Source: Chiloscyllium plagiosum
Taxonomy: Eukaryota
DNA length: 64,000 bases
Assembly (NCBI RefSeq): GCF_004010195.1
Contig: NC_057719.1
Span: forward strand, 61,023,365-61,087,364
Direction of reading: 5' to 3'
A program made the translations under genes and the position numbers. Below, piece by piece: positions 37,101 through 49,327 of the stretch. Below the pieces are notes generated by a model. It did no database searches. It was given only the letters and a program-made list of their open reading frames with translations, and was not told where the DNA came from. Position 1 is the stretch's first letter. Every line of letters starts with the position of its first letter.

Positions 37101-38444
37101 TCTGAATGTGCTTTATGTCGTGCTGTTTTGTGAAATTTTGGGCACCTTATGGCTGTGTCCCTAATCCTCTTGTGCAATGTTGTTGTATTGTATTTTGTGT
37201 AACTATGAATAAAAAAAAAGATTAGCACTATTGCTGTTTGGCAGTAGTGTGGGAATGGGATTATTTTAAAAAAGACCAGAATCTCCTCAGTTGAGAATTG
37301 ACTCCGAACTGGTTGGCCACAGTCAGTGTACTATGCACTGAGTTGGTGATAGTAAAAAAATATAACCAGGAGTTGGAAGGGGCATGGGATGGACTGACAG
37401 CATGGAGGGTTGCTGTGTTCTGCTTTTCATTTGATTGTACTGTCTTGTCTGTATTTGTTACTGTTTCCTTTTTGATGACTTGAGGTGGGATTTGAGGTTT
37501 GCCCTCATTTCCCTGTTAACTGATTGCATGATGGAGTTTGGCCGTGCTACCCGTTCCCCTGTAAATAGCTTTTTTTTGTGAACTGCTGCTTCTTGTTTAT
37601 TGTCAACTGTTTGTAATTTGTATGGTTTCAAAAATAAAATAAAAATCTGGAGACTATTTGGTAGTGTGAGAGCTTACCAAAAAAACATAACCAGGAGGTG
37701 AGATTCCTCTCAGTTCAGGTGATTGAATCCAAGCTGGCTGGGTATAGCCAGTGTATTATTGTGGTTTATGTTTTGAGACTCAATTCCTGAACTGATTGAT
37801 CTATACAACTAGTTTGTTACTGTAATTCCTTTTTTTGAGGACTGATTTCTGAGCTGACTGACCCCCACAGTCAGCGTGTTACTGTTGTATTTCAGTTCTC
37901 ACTAGAGAACTGTTGTTTCACTGGCTGGTTGCAATGTGTTACTTTTTTGTCCTTACTCAAAAGTAAGAAAAATGGTGATTTTGTGGCAGGGCTTAGCCCT
38001 TGCAGTCTGCTTTTTCAGTGTCCACACTTTTCTTTGAGTATGTGTTTTCACTTTCTGGAGTTTGGACTGAACCCCTGAGTCAACTGTACCTGTACAAATG
38101 AACTGTCTCTGAGTGGGTCTGGGCCTCTGTGGGTGGACCAGGCCTCTGCAGAGACTGGACATCTGTGTATGCTGTGAGGGGTGCATTTTTTACCTTCATG
38201 TGTGGACTTGGCTTTCAGATGTGGACTCAGCTTTTTTTATGATTGGTTTTATCACCTGCACTGTCTTGTGTTCCTGGGTCTGGCAGGCCTTACTGTGAGC
38301 CAGAAGGTTCATAGGTCGTCCTGAAAGCTATCACCCGGAGAGCGGAGGGTGGGTATGCCAACCCGATGCCAGTCGCCCTTAGTGGGAAGGTGGTAGGCAG
38401 TCCTGAGCATCGTTGTCCTGAGGAAGGAGCGGGACAGGCTGTCC

Positions 38445-38988
38445 CAACCTCCACTCCCGGCACCTTCCCCTGCAACCGCAGGAGGTGCAAGACTTGCGCC
38501 CACACCTCCCCTCTCACCTCCCTCCAAGGCCCCAAAGGAAACTTCCATATCCGCCACAGATTCACCTGTACCTCCACACATATCATCTATTGCATCCTCT
38601 GTACCCGATGTGGCCTCCTCTATATTGGGGAGACAGGCCGCACTATCCATTTAATCTCACCCTGTCTTCTATGGGTCAGCCAATTTATTATCTAACCAGG
38701 CGGGTTTCCCTATATCCCATGCCTCATTACTTTCTAAATGAGCCTACCATGGGGAACCATATCAAATACCTTGCTATTTTTCCACCTATCACATTTCCGA
38801 TGCCCCTCCCCCAAGTCCCTCCTCCCTATCTTTTATCTTAGCCTGCTGGACAAACTTTCCTCATTCCTGAAGAAGGGCTAATGCCCGAAACGTCGATTCT
38901 CCTGTTCCCTAGATGCTGCCTGACCTGCTGCGCTTCTCCAGCAACACATTTCCATCTCTGATCTCCAGCATCTGCAGACCTCATTTTC
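38445..38988 (+). mobile_element. Penelope-like fragment (Cys-rich linker + GIY-YIG start, terminal repeat), internally rearranged
   Basis: PGTFPCNRRRCKTC...FTCTSTHIIYCILCTRCGLLYIGETGR, followed by the same terminal repeat as 6385-6475. CTGTCC occurs at both flanks. Confidence 0.85.
38867..38894 (+). ncRNA. Minimal type I hammerhead ribozyme motif
   Basis: CTGAAGA-A-GGGC-TAAT-GCCC-GAAA-CGTC. Loop II differs from the 6388 copy while stem and core are unchanged. Confidence 0.6.
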
Positions 38989-41334
38989 TGTCCTAGGTGT
39001 GTCAGGGTGGACCGAGAGCCAGAAGATGCATTAGGGTGGGCTGAGGGCGGGAAGCCATGTGGGCTATCCTGAGCGCCTTCGTCCCAAGGAGATATAGGAA
39101 ATGGGTTGTCCTACAAGTGGCTGGAAGGTGCATCAGGGCAGTCTACAGGCTGGATGGTGCATCAGGGTTGGCAAGAGCTAGACGGTGCATAGGGGCAGAC
39201 TGAGAACCGGAAGGCGGGTAGGCTATCCTCAGTGCTGTCATCCGGGGGGGAGAACAGGGCAGGCTGTATTGAGGTGGTCGGAAAAGGTGTGTCAGGATGG
39301 ACAGAGAGCCGGAAGAGTATGGGGTGGACCGGGAGCTGGAATAGGCATAGGAACAGGCTACTGTGTGGCTGGAAGGTGGGAGTGTGTCTTTGCTGGGTTG
39401 CCAGGAGTGTCTGTTATATTCACTGTTTTACTGTTCGGTTGATGGGACTGATTAGTATGCGTTTGTGTCTATTGTATCATTTTGGTAAAACAAGGTGAGA
39501 TTTGGGGTTCATCCGCATTTTCCTGCAAACTGGTTGTGTGGTTGGGTTTGGCCTAGCTGCCCCTTTCTCCTGTAAATTGCTGTTTCTTAGAAACTGCTGC
39601 TTATTATTCTTTGTTGACTGTTTGTTTATATTTTGTACAGTTTGATAAAATTTTTAAAAAACAGGAAATGAGACTCTTCTCAGTTCAGGTGACTGACTCC
39701 AAGTTGGCTGGCCACAGCCAGAGTTCTGTGCATAAGTAAATAAAGGGTGATCTGGTGACAGGATACCGGCCTCTGTGCAGTTATTTCAAAAATGTATTAA
39801 AGTATGGTATTGGAATTTGTGAACCTGTTCTCAAATACAAAGTTAAGCGATGAAGTCATTCAATAAACAGAGTTGTTACTCTTGAAATTTTTGAGCTTAC
39901 CTATCAAAGGGGTAGATTTAATGCTGGGTAATGGTGTCCTTTAATCAATCTATGTCAGCAAGAATAAAATTAATGGGTGAGAAAACTTGCAGAATACTGT
40001 ACAGCTTTTTATTATAATCTGAATGTTTATAATTGCAATTGGTTATTTTACACACATATCTAGTGTATAATCAGTGCCATGAGGATTATTTTGTGACCTA
40101 ATGTTTATGTGGTAGTCCTGCACTAATTAATCTGAACTTACCCAAAATCCAATAGGTATCAGGGAAGTTCCATTAGTTTAATTCCTTGATTCTGCCAGAT
40201 TGTACTAGAATCTATTGAAGCAATACATTAAGATCAGGTGAGCCATATCTGAAATCACTTGTGTCAGTACAATAAATTACAATGGTTCAAAATTAATTTC
40301 ACCTGAAACAGATTCAGGGCCATGAGTCGAATATGAATGATCAGGGGACTCTTGTGGCACAGTGATAATGTCCCTATCACTGGACCTAGAGAACTGGGAT
40401 CATGTCTCACCTGCTCCAGAGTTGTGTAATAACATTTCTAATCAGGTTGTTTAGAAAAATAGCTTAAATTAGATTATAATATGCAAGGTTAAGGGCTGTT
40501 GTGGAACAATGGTTGATTCCCTACCTGTGGAGGCCTGGATTCAAGTTTCATCTCTGAACAGGCTGATTTTAAAAAAACATGCAAGGTTATGCTAGTTCAG
40601 TGAGCTGCTTCAAACACCTTTTTAGGCTGCACTTGCATGAGGCAAGTTTTAAAAGTTTTTATTTACAACAAGGAATGCTTAATTTACAAAAAAAAATACC
40701 TTTATAGCTTACACCAATGAAACTATTAAATGGTTTAATATGAAAAACAAAAATTGCTGAAGACACTTTTAGGTCACTCAACCCAAAACATTAACTCTGC
40801 TTCCTCTCCACAGAAACTGCCAGCCTTGCTGCGTTTCTCTCTCAATTTCCATTTTTGCTTCAAATTTCCAATTCTTTTAGTATAAGTGGTTCCATATTGT
40901 TGTAAAAATTTTCGCTCATTAATAAATCTGGTTACTGAGGTGATGTTTGGTGTCAAATCCATGTTCAGCCAGATTCTTAAAATTGTAAGAAGCTGCAAAC
41001 CTCTAATTAATCAACAAATACTTTAAGGTAAAGAAAACAAAAAAAATGCATTCCAAGATGCTGCCAGATTATTACAGTTCATGGAAGATTTTACGCTCAT
41101 AATCAAGCAAGTAAATTTAGTGGAAATGCTAACTTAATGGACTGAATCTTATGTTTTGGTGTTATTTTTGCTGAGTTTTATGGTGGGTGTAATGGGTTTT
41201 CTTGCTGAATCTTGGCAAGCTTACCTTATTAAATTTCTGCCCTTATGACATCCCCCTCATCTTATTCTGGCCCCATTCTACCACTCACCATACTCAGAAG
41301 AAACAACCACTGCTACAATATCCCAGAATTTTTT

Positions 41335-42055
41335 TTTTTGATTTGATTGATTTTTGTCACATGCAAGTATTGTATTGCATGCTATCCAAACAATACCTTG
41401 CATAAGTACATCAAGATAGTAGAACAGAATGCAGGATACAGAATTACAACAACAGAGAAGGTGCAGAGAAAGATCAACTCTAATATATGAGAGGTCTGTT
41501 CATAAATCTGATAACAGTTGGTATGTGTTTTCAAACTCTTGTACCTTCTGCCGGGTGGAGGGGTATTTAATTACGTTGGCTGCCTTCCCAATGCAGCGGG
41601 AAGTGTGGATGGAGTCAATGGAAGGAAGGCTGGTTTTTGTGATGTCCTGGGGCACATTCACAACTCTCTAATTTCTTGAGGTCTTAGGCAGAACAGATAC
41701 CATACCAAGCTGTGATGCATCCAAATACAATGCTTTCTATGGTGCATCTATAAACATTGGTAAGAGTTACGAGTGGACATACCAAATTCCCTTAGTCTTC
41801 TGGGAGGTTTTCTTATCTGTAGCACTGATATGGATGTACCAGGATAGATCATTGGTGATATTTACTCCTAAGAACTTGAAGCTCTCGACCACCTTAACAC
41901 CATTGACATAGGTTCATGTCCTCCATTCTGACTCTTGAAGTTGATGACCAGCTCCTTCAACTTGCTGACATTAAGGGAGAAATTGTTGTCTTTATATCAT
42001 GACACTAAGTTGTCTATTTCCTTGTACTTTGTGTCATCATTATTTGTGATCATCA
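41335..42055 (-). mobile_element. Old Rex1/Babar-like LINE 3' fragment
   Basis: Degenerate minus-strand coding remnants and a short-repeat tail (TTTGATTTGATTGATT) comparable to 33812-34148. Confidence 0.55.
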
Positions 42056-42209
42056 AATAAGTGGAGCTCCAGGACAAAAATCTTATAATTCAGTCCATTA
42101 GTCATGAACAAAATCATAACTGATTTTTGTTTAAGAAAACAAACTCTTTCCTGACTTAGGTACCATACTTACATTTTTGTGTACCCAGCAGGCAATGGTA
42201 AAGTAGACA

Positions 42210-42905
42210 AGCAAGAGGTTGAAAGAACACAACAAGCCAGACAGCACTAGGAGGTGGAGAAGTCAACATTTTGGGTGTAACCCTCTGGATTTGGGGTGGG
42301 TTGTAAGGAGAGCTGCAAATAAGATGGGGAGGGGCGGAGTGTTGAAGTAGTGATAGGTGAACACAGGTAGTGGGTACGGCCTCATTGGTCGATGGGAGGA
42401 ATGAATCCGGTTGGTAGCTAGAAGAAAGGGTTGGTCAGAGGAATGGAAGGGAGGAGGGGGTATTGGAAAGGGAGTTGGGGGATGGGAAGGGAGGTTATTT
42501 GAAATTGGAGAACTCAATGTTGAGTTCCCTTCTTCAAGCAGAAGATGTGATATAATTCCTCCAATTTGCGGCCGGATTCGCTGTGGCAATGGAGGAGGTC
42601 GAGGATGGTCATGTCAGAGATGGAATGGGAAGGGGAATTGATATGGGTGGTGACTGGGTGGTCAGGTTGGCCCCTGCTGGCCTGGCTGAGATGTTGGGTG
42701 AAACATGCCCTTAGTTTATGTTTGGTCTCACTGATGCAGAGAAGACTACATCAAGAGCACTGGAGACAGTAAACTAGGTTGGAGGAGAGGCAAGTGAACC
42801 TCTATCTCACCGAGAGGGACAGCTTGGGCCCTGGATGGAGGTGGGGGGGGGGGGGGGTGGTTGCGCTGGTAGGTTTTGCATCTTTTACAGTTGCAGGGTA
42901 AGGTA
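42210..42905 (-). mobile_element. Penelope-like 3' fragment
   Basis: Reverse complement resembles 7129-7666 and 38445-38640 (GIY-YIG remnants, pyrimidine-rich UTR, terminal repeat). Confidence 0.65.
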
Positions 42906-43671
42906 GTATAAAGCTGCCTGCATTTGCCTTAGATATAACAGAGAAAGGAAAACTGATGCCACAGTTTTAGGGCAGGAATCTGGAGGTTCTAGGGAACACA
43001 GAGCTGAAGAGGTGGGATTTCCTCATTCTCTCAGACCAGAAGAGGAGGCCATGATACCAGACCATGCTAGCTTGATCCAATGTTGCCACCTAGCTCAGTA
43101 CAGTCTCAGCCATCTGGTGGAATGCACAGCAATGTCAGGAGAAGTTCAATGACCTTCATTTTCCATCAGCTTCAGTGCCACCATTTCCTCTCTGACAGGG
43201 CATTGTTTTGGCTCTCAGAATCACATGTAATTTATCCTTCAAGTAGTTTAGCAGTTTTGATATCTTCAATCACCATCTGTAGTTGGTTGACTAGTAGACA
43301 TTTTTAGATGCTCAGTCATGTTAATGAAAGTTTGCTGTTCACTCCGCACTGTCTCTATTACTAGCATTGACTGTTCTGTTTTGGAAGACAGGACTAATAC
43401 TTCCACCAGTCCTGTAAGGTCTGTCACTTCTTTATGTTGACAATATTAAATTCCAATGTGAATTAATGCTACTGGATTTATTCTTCAGTTCATGTTGTGA
43501 CATTAAACTCTCTCATACTTCAGTACATTTTCTAGACGCAACACATAATTTTACTAATATAGCATTCCTTTGTCATGTCTGCGCATTGTCTTTGCTTGTA
43601 AGGCCTTACTGCCCAAAAATGTTAACATTAGTTCTTAGTATCTGGTGTTTGTATTGTTACATGCTTCTTTA

Positions 43672-44045
43672 AAAGAACATAAGAAATAAGAACTGGAGAA
43701 GGCCATTCCGCCATTCAATTAATTCATGACTGATCTGACATTCCTTGCATCCACTTTCCTGCCCGTTCTGCATTATGCTGATTTCCCTAATGATCAATAA
43801 TTTACTTATCTCAGCTTTAAATATACACAAGGACTCTACCCCACAGCTCTGTACAGCAAGGAGTTCCAAAGCCACTTAATCCTCCAAGAGAAGAAACTCT
43901 TATTCATCTCAATCTTAAATTGGCACCCCTTAATTCGAAGACCATACCCTCTGATCCTCATCCTCCCTTAAGGGAAACATCATTTACCATGTCAAGCTCA
44001 TTAAGAATCCTATGTGTTTCAATGAGATTGTCACTTATTGTTCTG
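43672..44045 (-). mobile_element. CR1 3' fragment
   Basis: AGAACATAAGAAATAAGAA tail and CR1-type 3' end similar to 24900-25200. Confidence 0.7.
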
Positions 44046-47000
44046 AAATATTAATAGTTTACAAAGTTAATGGACTCTGTTGTCCTCTTGAAATGGGGAT
44101 AATCTCTACTCAGGATCTCTTTGCTTTCTGCCTTTCTACAAAGGCAAATCTTCTTTGGAATTTCTATTTATTGAGGTCATTATAAGAAATCTGACAAAGC
44201 TTTATCTTTGTTTAAATCTGATTCCACATTCCAATCAGAGATTTATTTATATTGACAGAGATCATGAATGAAATTGTCCATGGATTTTTTGAGTGTTCTC
44301 CAGTTAAATCTTGGATGTTCAAGAATTTTATTTATTCTCAGGCTGAAGAAATCAAAGCTTTTAGAACATCGTCAAAATGATTTGTGCACTCGTCTTTAAT
44401 ATTCTGGCATTAAATCATGTCACTCAGAATAAGACACATTGAAAACAAATAGGGCATTAACTTGTTCTGCTTCAGACTTTGCATTTACTCTTGAAACAAT
44501 TCTGCATCTTAAAACTGTCTCATCCAAGGAGTACAATCTTGTATTCTATCTTTGAGAAGTATTGTGTAGATCTTCCACTGGCCAGACAGTTGTTACTCCA
44601 GTGTAGATTAGTTGTGCATAGTGAAAGTGTTAGCCATCTCTGATTTTTCCAGACCTTTCAAAATGGCTATTGAAGAGGGTTGTGTCTTGTTACAGGATTA
44701 TGAGTCAGGATTTCTCTAAGAAATCGTACTAATATTAATAGAAGCATTCTATCATGGAAAAAGAGACTTTGGGAGTGTTGTTAGCTCTTCAACATACTGA
44801 AGTCTATATCTGCCACAAAAACAAAAAAACGTTAATTTACACTCATGATAACCTACTAGTCTTCACTGAAATTTAAAAATTGGAACATGGGAGTATTCAG
44901 ATGCAGTCTTTTGTTTCAACGATTCAGTAAAAACTGTTCATAGTGATGGGAAAAGATAATGCATTGCGGATACATTATTCCAAATTTAAAATGTTAGAAT
45001 AAGTTTAAGGTTTAAGAAATACTAAGACTGTAAGATTGTAAGGGGCAGGGGGCAGGAAGAATGAATGAACGCAAGTCTTGTTTTGATGTTTGTATGTCAT
45101 TTTCAGTTTGTGTTTCATTTTCAAGAAGGTCAGAGACATGTAAGGATTATGTCTTTTTATCTTGGGATTGAAACAAGAAAATGATGCAGTTTGAATGCAA
45201 GTAAATTGACACCCATTGCAGGCATCCAATAAACAACTGTTTGAATAAGCAATAACTGCAGTTTGAAATGCAGATGATTTGGAATCAAGGCAGTATATTG
45301 ATGTATTTTTGCTGGTAAGCAGAAGTTGATTGGTTTAAGGACAATAGATACCAGTGACAGAGATCGTTTTGCCTGTCTTCAACTGTGTGAACGGTTCTAT
45401 GGTAACCAAAGATTTCGGAGCTGGGAACAAGTTAGAGACAAAAGTGTTCAGTTCTTCCCCAGCTCAGAAGCTGTCTTTTCTCTGCAGTCAAAACATGCTG
45501 TACACCTAAAGGAATCCAATTTATCTTTCCTGCAATAGTTGTTGTAAACTGTGGCTTTTAACTGATATATCAGAGGCTTTGTACAAGTTCATCAGCCACC
45601 TTGTGTCCCTTAACAAACAGTGGAAGCAAGTGGAGAATGATAAATGAAGTAAAGCATTAGCCGCAGAAGAGTTATAAAGATCACCTAGGGACAAAGACTA
45701 TTGATCTTTCTCATCTGCCAAAGCCTCTTTTACCATGTCTGTGAGATGAAGCAGTTTATCAGGGGATGAGAGTTTTAATTTTTATTATAAGCCAACAATT
45801 TACAATTGTTTACCTGTGGCGAGAGTCTAAATACTTGAAATAAAATGTGATTTTTTGTTTGGGACAGAATCCCCATCCAAGTATTCTATCGATTTCGGTC
45901 TGAAAGTCAAGTAAATTGGGAAATTTTGCATATTTCATAAAACATTTACATGTTATGATGACTCTGAGAGTTGCAGGGCTTAATTTCATGGCATACCGCA
46001 GTGCATTATGACAATGGAGTCTAGCACTGGGCAAGTGAGGGATATAGGCTGGTACAGTGAAGGTTCAGGGGGTGTGTGGTTGATTGTACCCAGTGGCAGG
46101 AGGGAACTGGGCGTTGTCAGGTTTGTGGGGGGGTGAGGTGGGGTGGGAGGGGTGGTCGTGTGGGAGAGTTCCACAATGTGCAGAAAGTTTTTTTTGGGTC
46201 TCATGACAGGGGAAGTGTCAGGTCAGGAGTCTGTGCTAAGTTTGATTGGAGTATATGTGCTAAGTGCACATGCTAAGCTTTTAATGCTTAATTTTTCCTG
46301 GGTAACTCATTCCTTAACAGCAGATGAACCCTCCAATTATCCAACTTAAATGGATATTCTCGGAGGGTTCCAGGTTTCACGGGTGTACACAATGTAATCT
46401 CAATTTTTTAGGATAATCATTTATGTTAGGGATTCTGCAGGGTCCTAATATGCAATTCCCATTTACTCTGCAGAAACTACCCGATCATCTGTACATCCAG
46501 GCCATTGTTCCAATTTTGTTCAGATCACTCGAAAAACTTAATTCCGAACACAGTCCATCACTTTGGGCATCATATCTTCAAAAGGATATTGAGGAAATGG
46601 ACAATACTCAAAGAAGAATGATAGGTTAGAGTCATAGAGTCATAGAGATGTACAGCATGGAAACAGACCCTTCGGTTCGACCCGTCCATGCCGACCAGAT
46701 ATCCCAACCCAATCTAGTCCCACCTGCCAACACCCGGCCCATATCCCTCTAAACCCTTCCTGTTCATATACCCATCCAAATGCCTCTTAAATGTTGCAAT
46801 TGTACCTGCCTCCACCACAACCTCTGGCAGCTCATTCCATGCGCGTACCACCCACTGCGTGAAAAAGTTGCCCCTTAGGTCTCTTTCATATCTTTCCCCT
46901 CTCACCCTAAACCTATGCCCTCTAGTTCTGGACTCCCCGAACCCCAGGGAAAAGATTTTGCCTATTTATCCTATCCACGCCCCTCATAAGTTTGTAAATC

Positions 47001-48392
47001 ACTCTAAGGTCACCCCTCAGCCTCCGACGCTCCAGGGAAAACAGCCCCAGCCTGTTCAGCCTCTTCCTGTAGCTCAGATTCTCCAACCCTGGCAACATCC
47101 TTGTAAATCTTTTCTGAACCCTTTCAACTTTCACAACATCTTTCCATAGGAAGGAAACCAGAATTGCACGCAATATTCCAACAGTGGCCTAACCAATGTC
47201 CTGTACAGCCGCAACATGACCTCCCAACTCCTGTACTCAATACTCTGACCAATAAAGGAAAGCATACCAAATGCCTTCTTCACTATCCTATTTTTCTGCG
47301 ACTCCACTTTCAAGGAGCTATGAACCTGCACTCCAAGGTCTCTTTGCTCAGCAACACTCTACTTACTAACTGTACCTCTTATGCTCGCATCCAAATCATT
47401 TATGTAAATGACAAAAAGTAGAGGGCCCAGCACCGATCGTTGTGGCACTCACTGGTCACAGGCCTCCAGTCTGAAAAACAAACCTCCACCACCACCCTCT
47501 GTCTTCTACCTTTGAGCCAGTTCTGTATCCAAATGGCTAGTTCTCCCTGTATTCCATGAGATCTAACCTGGCTAATCAGTCTACTATGACGGACCTTGTC
47601 GAATGCCTTACTGAAGTCCACATAGATCAAATCTACTGCTCTTCCCTCATCAATCCTTTTCATTATTTTCATGTTGACTATCTCTAATCAGTCCTTGTCT
47701 TTCCAAATACATGTACATCCTGTCCCTCAGGATTCCCTCCAACAACTTGCCCACCACCGAGGTCAGGCTCACCGGTCTATAGTTCCCTGGCTTGTCTTTA
47801 TCGCCCTTCTTAAACAGTGGCACCACGTTTGCCAACCTCCAGTCTTCCGGCACCTCACCTGTGACTATCGATGATACAAATATCTCAACACAATGCCCAG
47901 CAATTACTTCTCTAGCTTCCCACAGAGTTCTAGGGTACACCTGATCAGGTCCTGGGAATTTATCCACCTTTAAACGTTTCAAGACATCCAGCACTTCCTC
48001 CTTTAATCTGGACATTTTGCAAGATGTCACCATCTATTTCCCTACAGTCTATATCTTTCTTATCCTTTTCCACAGTAAATACTGATGCAAAATATTCATT
48101 TAGTATCTCCCCCATTTTCGGTGGCTCCACACAAAGGCCGCCTTGCTGATCTTTGAGGGGCCCTATTCTCGCCCTAGTTACCCTTTTGTCCTTAATATAT
48201 TTGTAAAAACCCTTTGGATTCTCCTTAATTCTATTTGCCAAAGCTATCCCATGTCCCTGTTTTGCCCTCCAGATTTCCCTCTTAAGTATACTCCTCCTTT
48301 CTTTATAATCTTCTACGGATTCACTCGATCTATCCTGTATGTACCTGACATATGCTTCCTTCGTTTTCTTAACCAAACACTTAATTTCTTTA

Positions 48393-48543
48393 TGGATTCT
48401 GGATCAGTGGTGCTGGAAGGGCACAGCAATTCAGGCAGCATCCGAGGACAGCCTGTCCTCGGATGCTGCCTGAATTGCTGTGCTCTTCCAGCACCACTGA
48501 TCCAGAATCTGGTTTCCAGCATCTGCAGTCATTGTTTTTAACT
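48393..48543. mobile_element. Penelope-terminus-derived hairpin insertion in CR1 ORF2
   Basis: Near-perfect inverted arms centred near 48451. 14-bp TSD ACTTAATTTCTTTA at 48379-48392 and 48544-48557. Confidence 0.88.
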
Positions 48544-49259
48544 ACTTAATTTCTTTAGTCATCCAGCGTTCCCTCTACCTACCAGCCTTCCCTTTCACCC
48601 TGACAGGAATATACTTTCTCTGGATTTTTGTTATCTAATTTCTGAAGGCTTCCCATTTTCCAGCCGTCCCTTTACCTGAGAACATCTACCTCCAATCAGC
48701 TTTCGAAAAGTTCTTGCCTAATACCGTCAAAATGAGCCTTTCTCCAATTTAGAACTTCAACTTTTAAATCTGGTCTATCCTTTTCCATCACTATTTTAAA
48801 ATGAATAGAATTATGGTCGCTGGCTCCAAAGTGCTCCCCCACTGACACCTCAGTCACCTGCCCTGCCTTATTCCCAAGAGTCGGTCAAGATTTGCACCTT
48901 CTCTAGTCGATACATCCACATACTGAATCAGAAAATTGTTTTGTACACACTTAAGAAATTCCTCTCCATCTAAACCTTTAACACTATGGCAGTTCCAGTC
49001 AATGTTTGGAAAGTTAAAATCCCCTACCGTAACCACCCTATTATTTTTACAGATAGCTGAGATCTCCTTACAAGTTTGTTTCTCAATTTCCCTCTGACTA
49101 TTGGGGGGGTCTATAATACAATCCCAATAAGGTGATCATCCCTTTCTTATTTCTCAGTACCACCGAAATAACTTCCCTGGATGTATTTCCGGGAATATCC
49201 TCCCTCAGCACAGCTATAATGCTATTCCTTATCAAAAATGCCACTCCCCCTCCTCTCTT

Positions 49260-49327
49260 NNNNNNNNNNNNNNNNNNNNNNNNNNNNNNNNNNNNNNNNN
49301 NNNNNNNNNNNNNNNNNNNNNNNNNNN
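49260..49327. other. Assembly gap (68 N)
   Basis: Run of N inside the CR1 at the ORF1/ORF2 junction. Confidence 1.

Larger units (their letters stand above)
28597..39788 (+). mobile_element. Composite expanded solo-LTR-like element (copy 2) with multiple A-tailed payloads and secondary insertions
   Basis: Starts TGTAGCGATTGGAACC, ends CCTCTGTGCAGTTATTTCA (same termini as copy 1). 5-bp TSD AAAAT at 28592-28596 and 39789-39793. Core copies near 28697, 28761, 28981, 33181, 33290, 34640, 37276, 37690 and 39661. Confidence 0.82.

Noticed and set aside
48393..48543. Terminator or miRNA hairpins
   Set aside because: They are TSD-flanked transposon-derived inverted repeats, and there is no evidence of processing.
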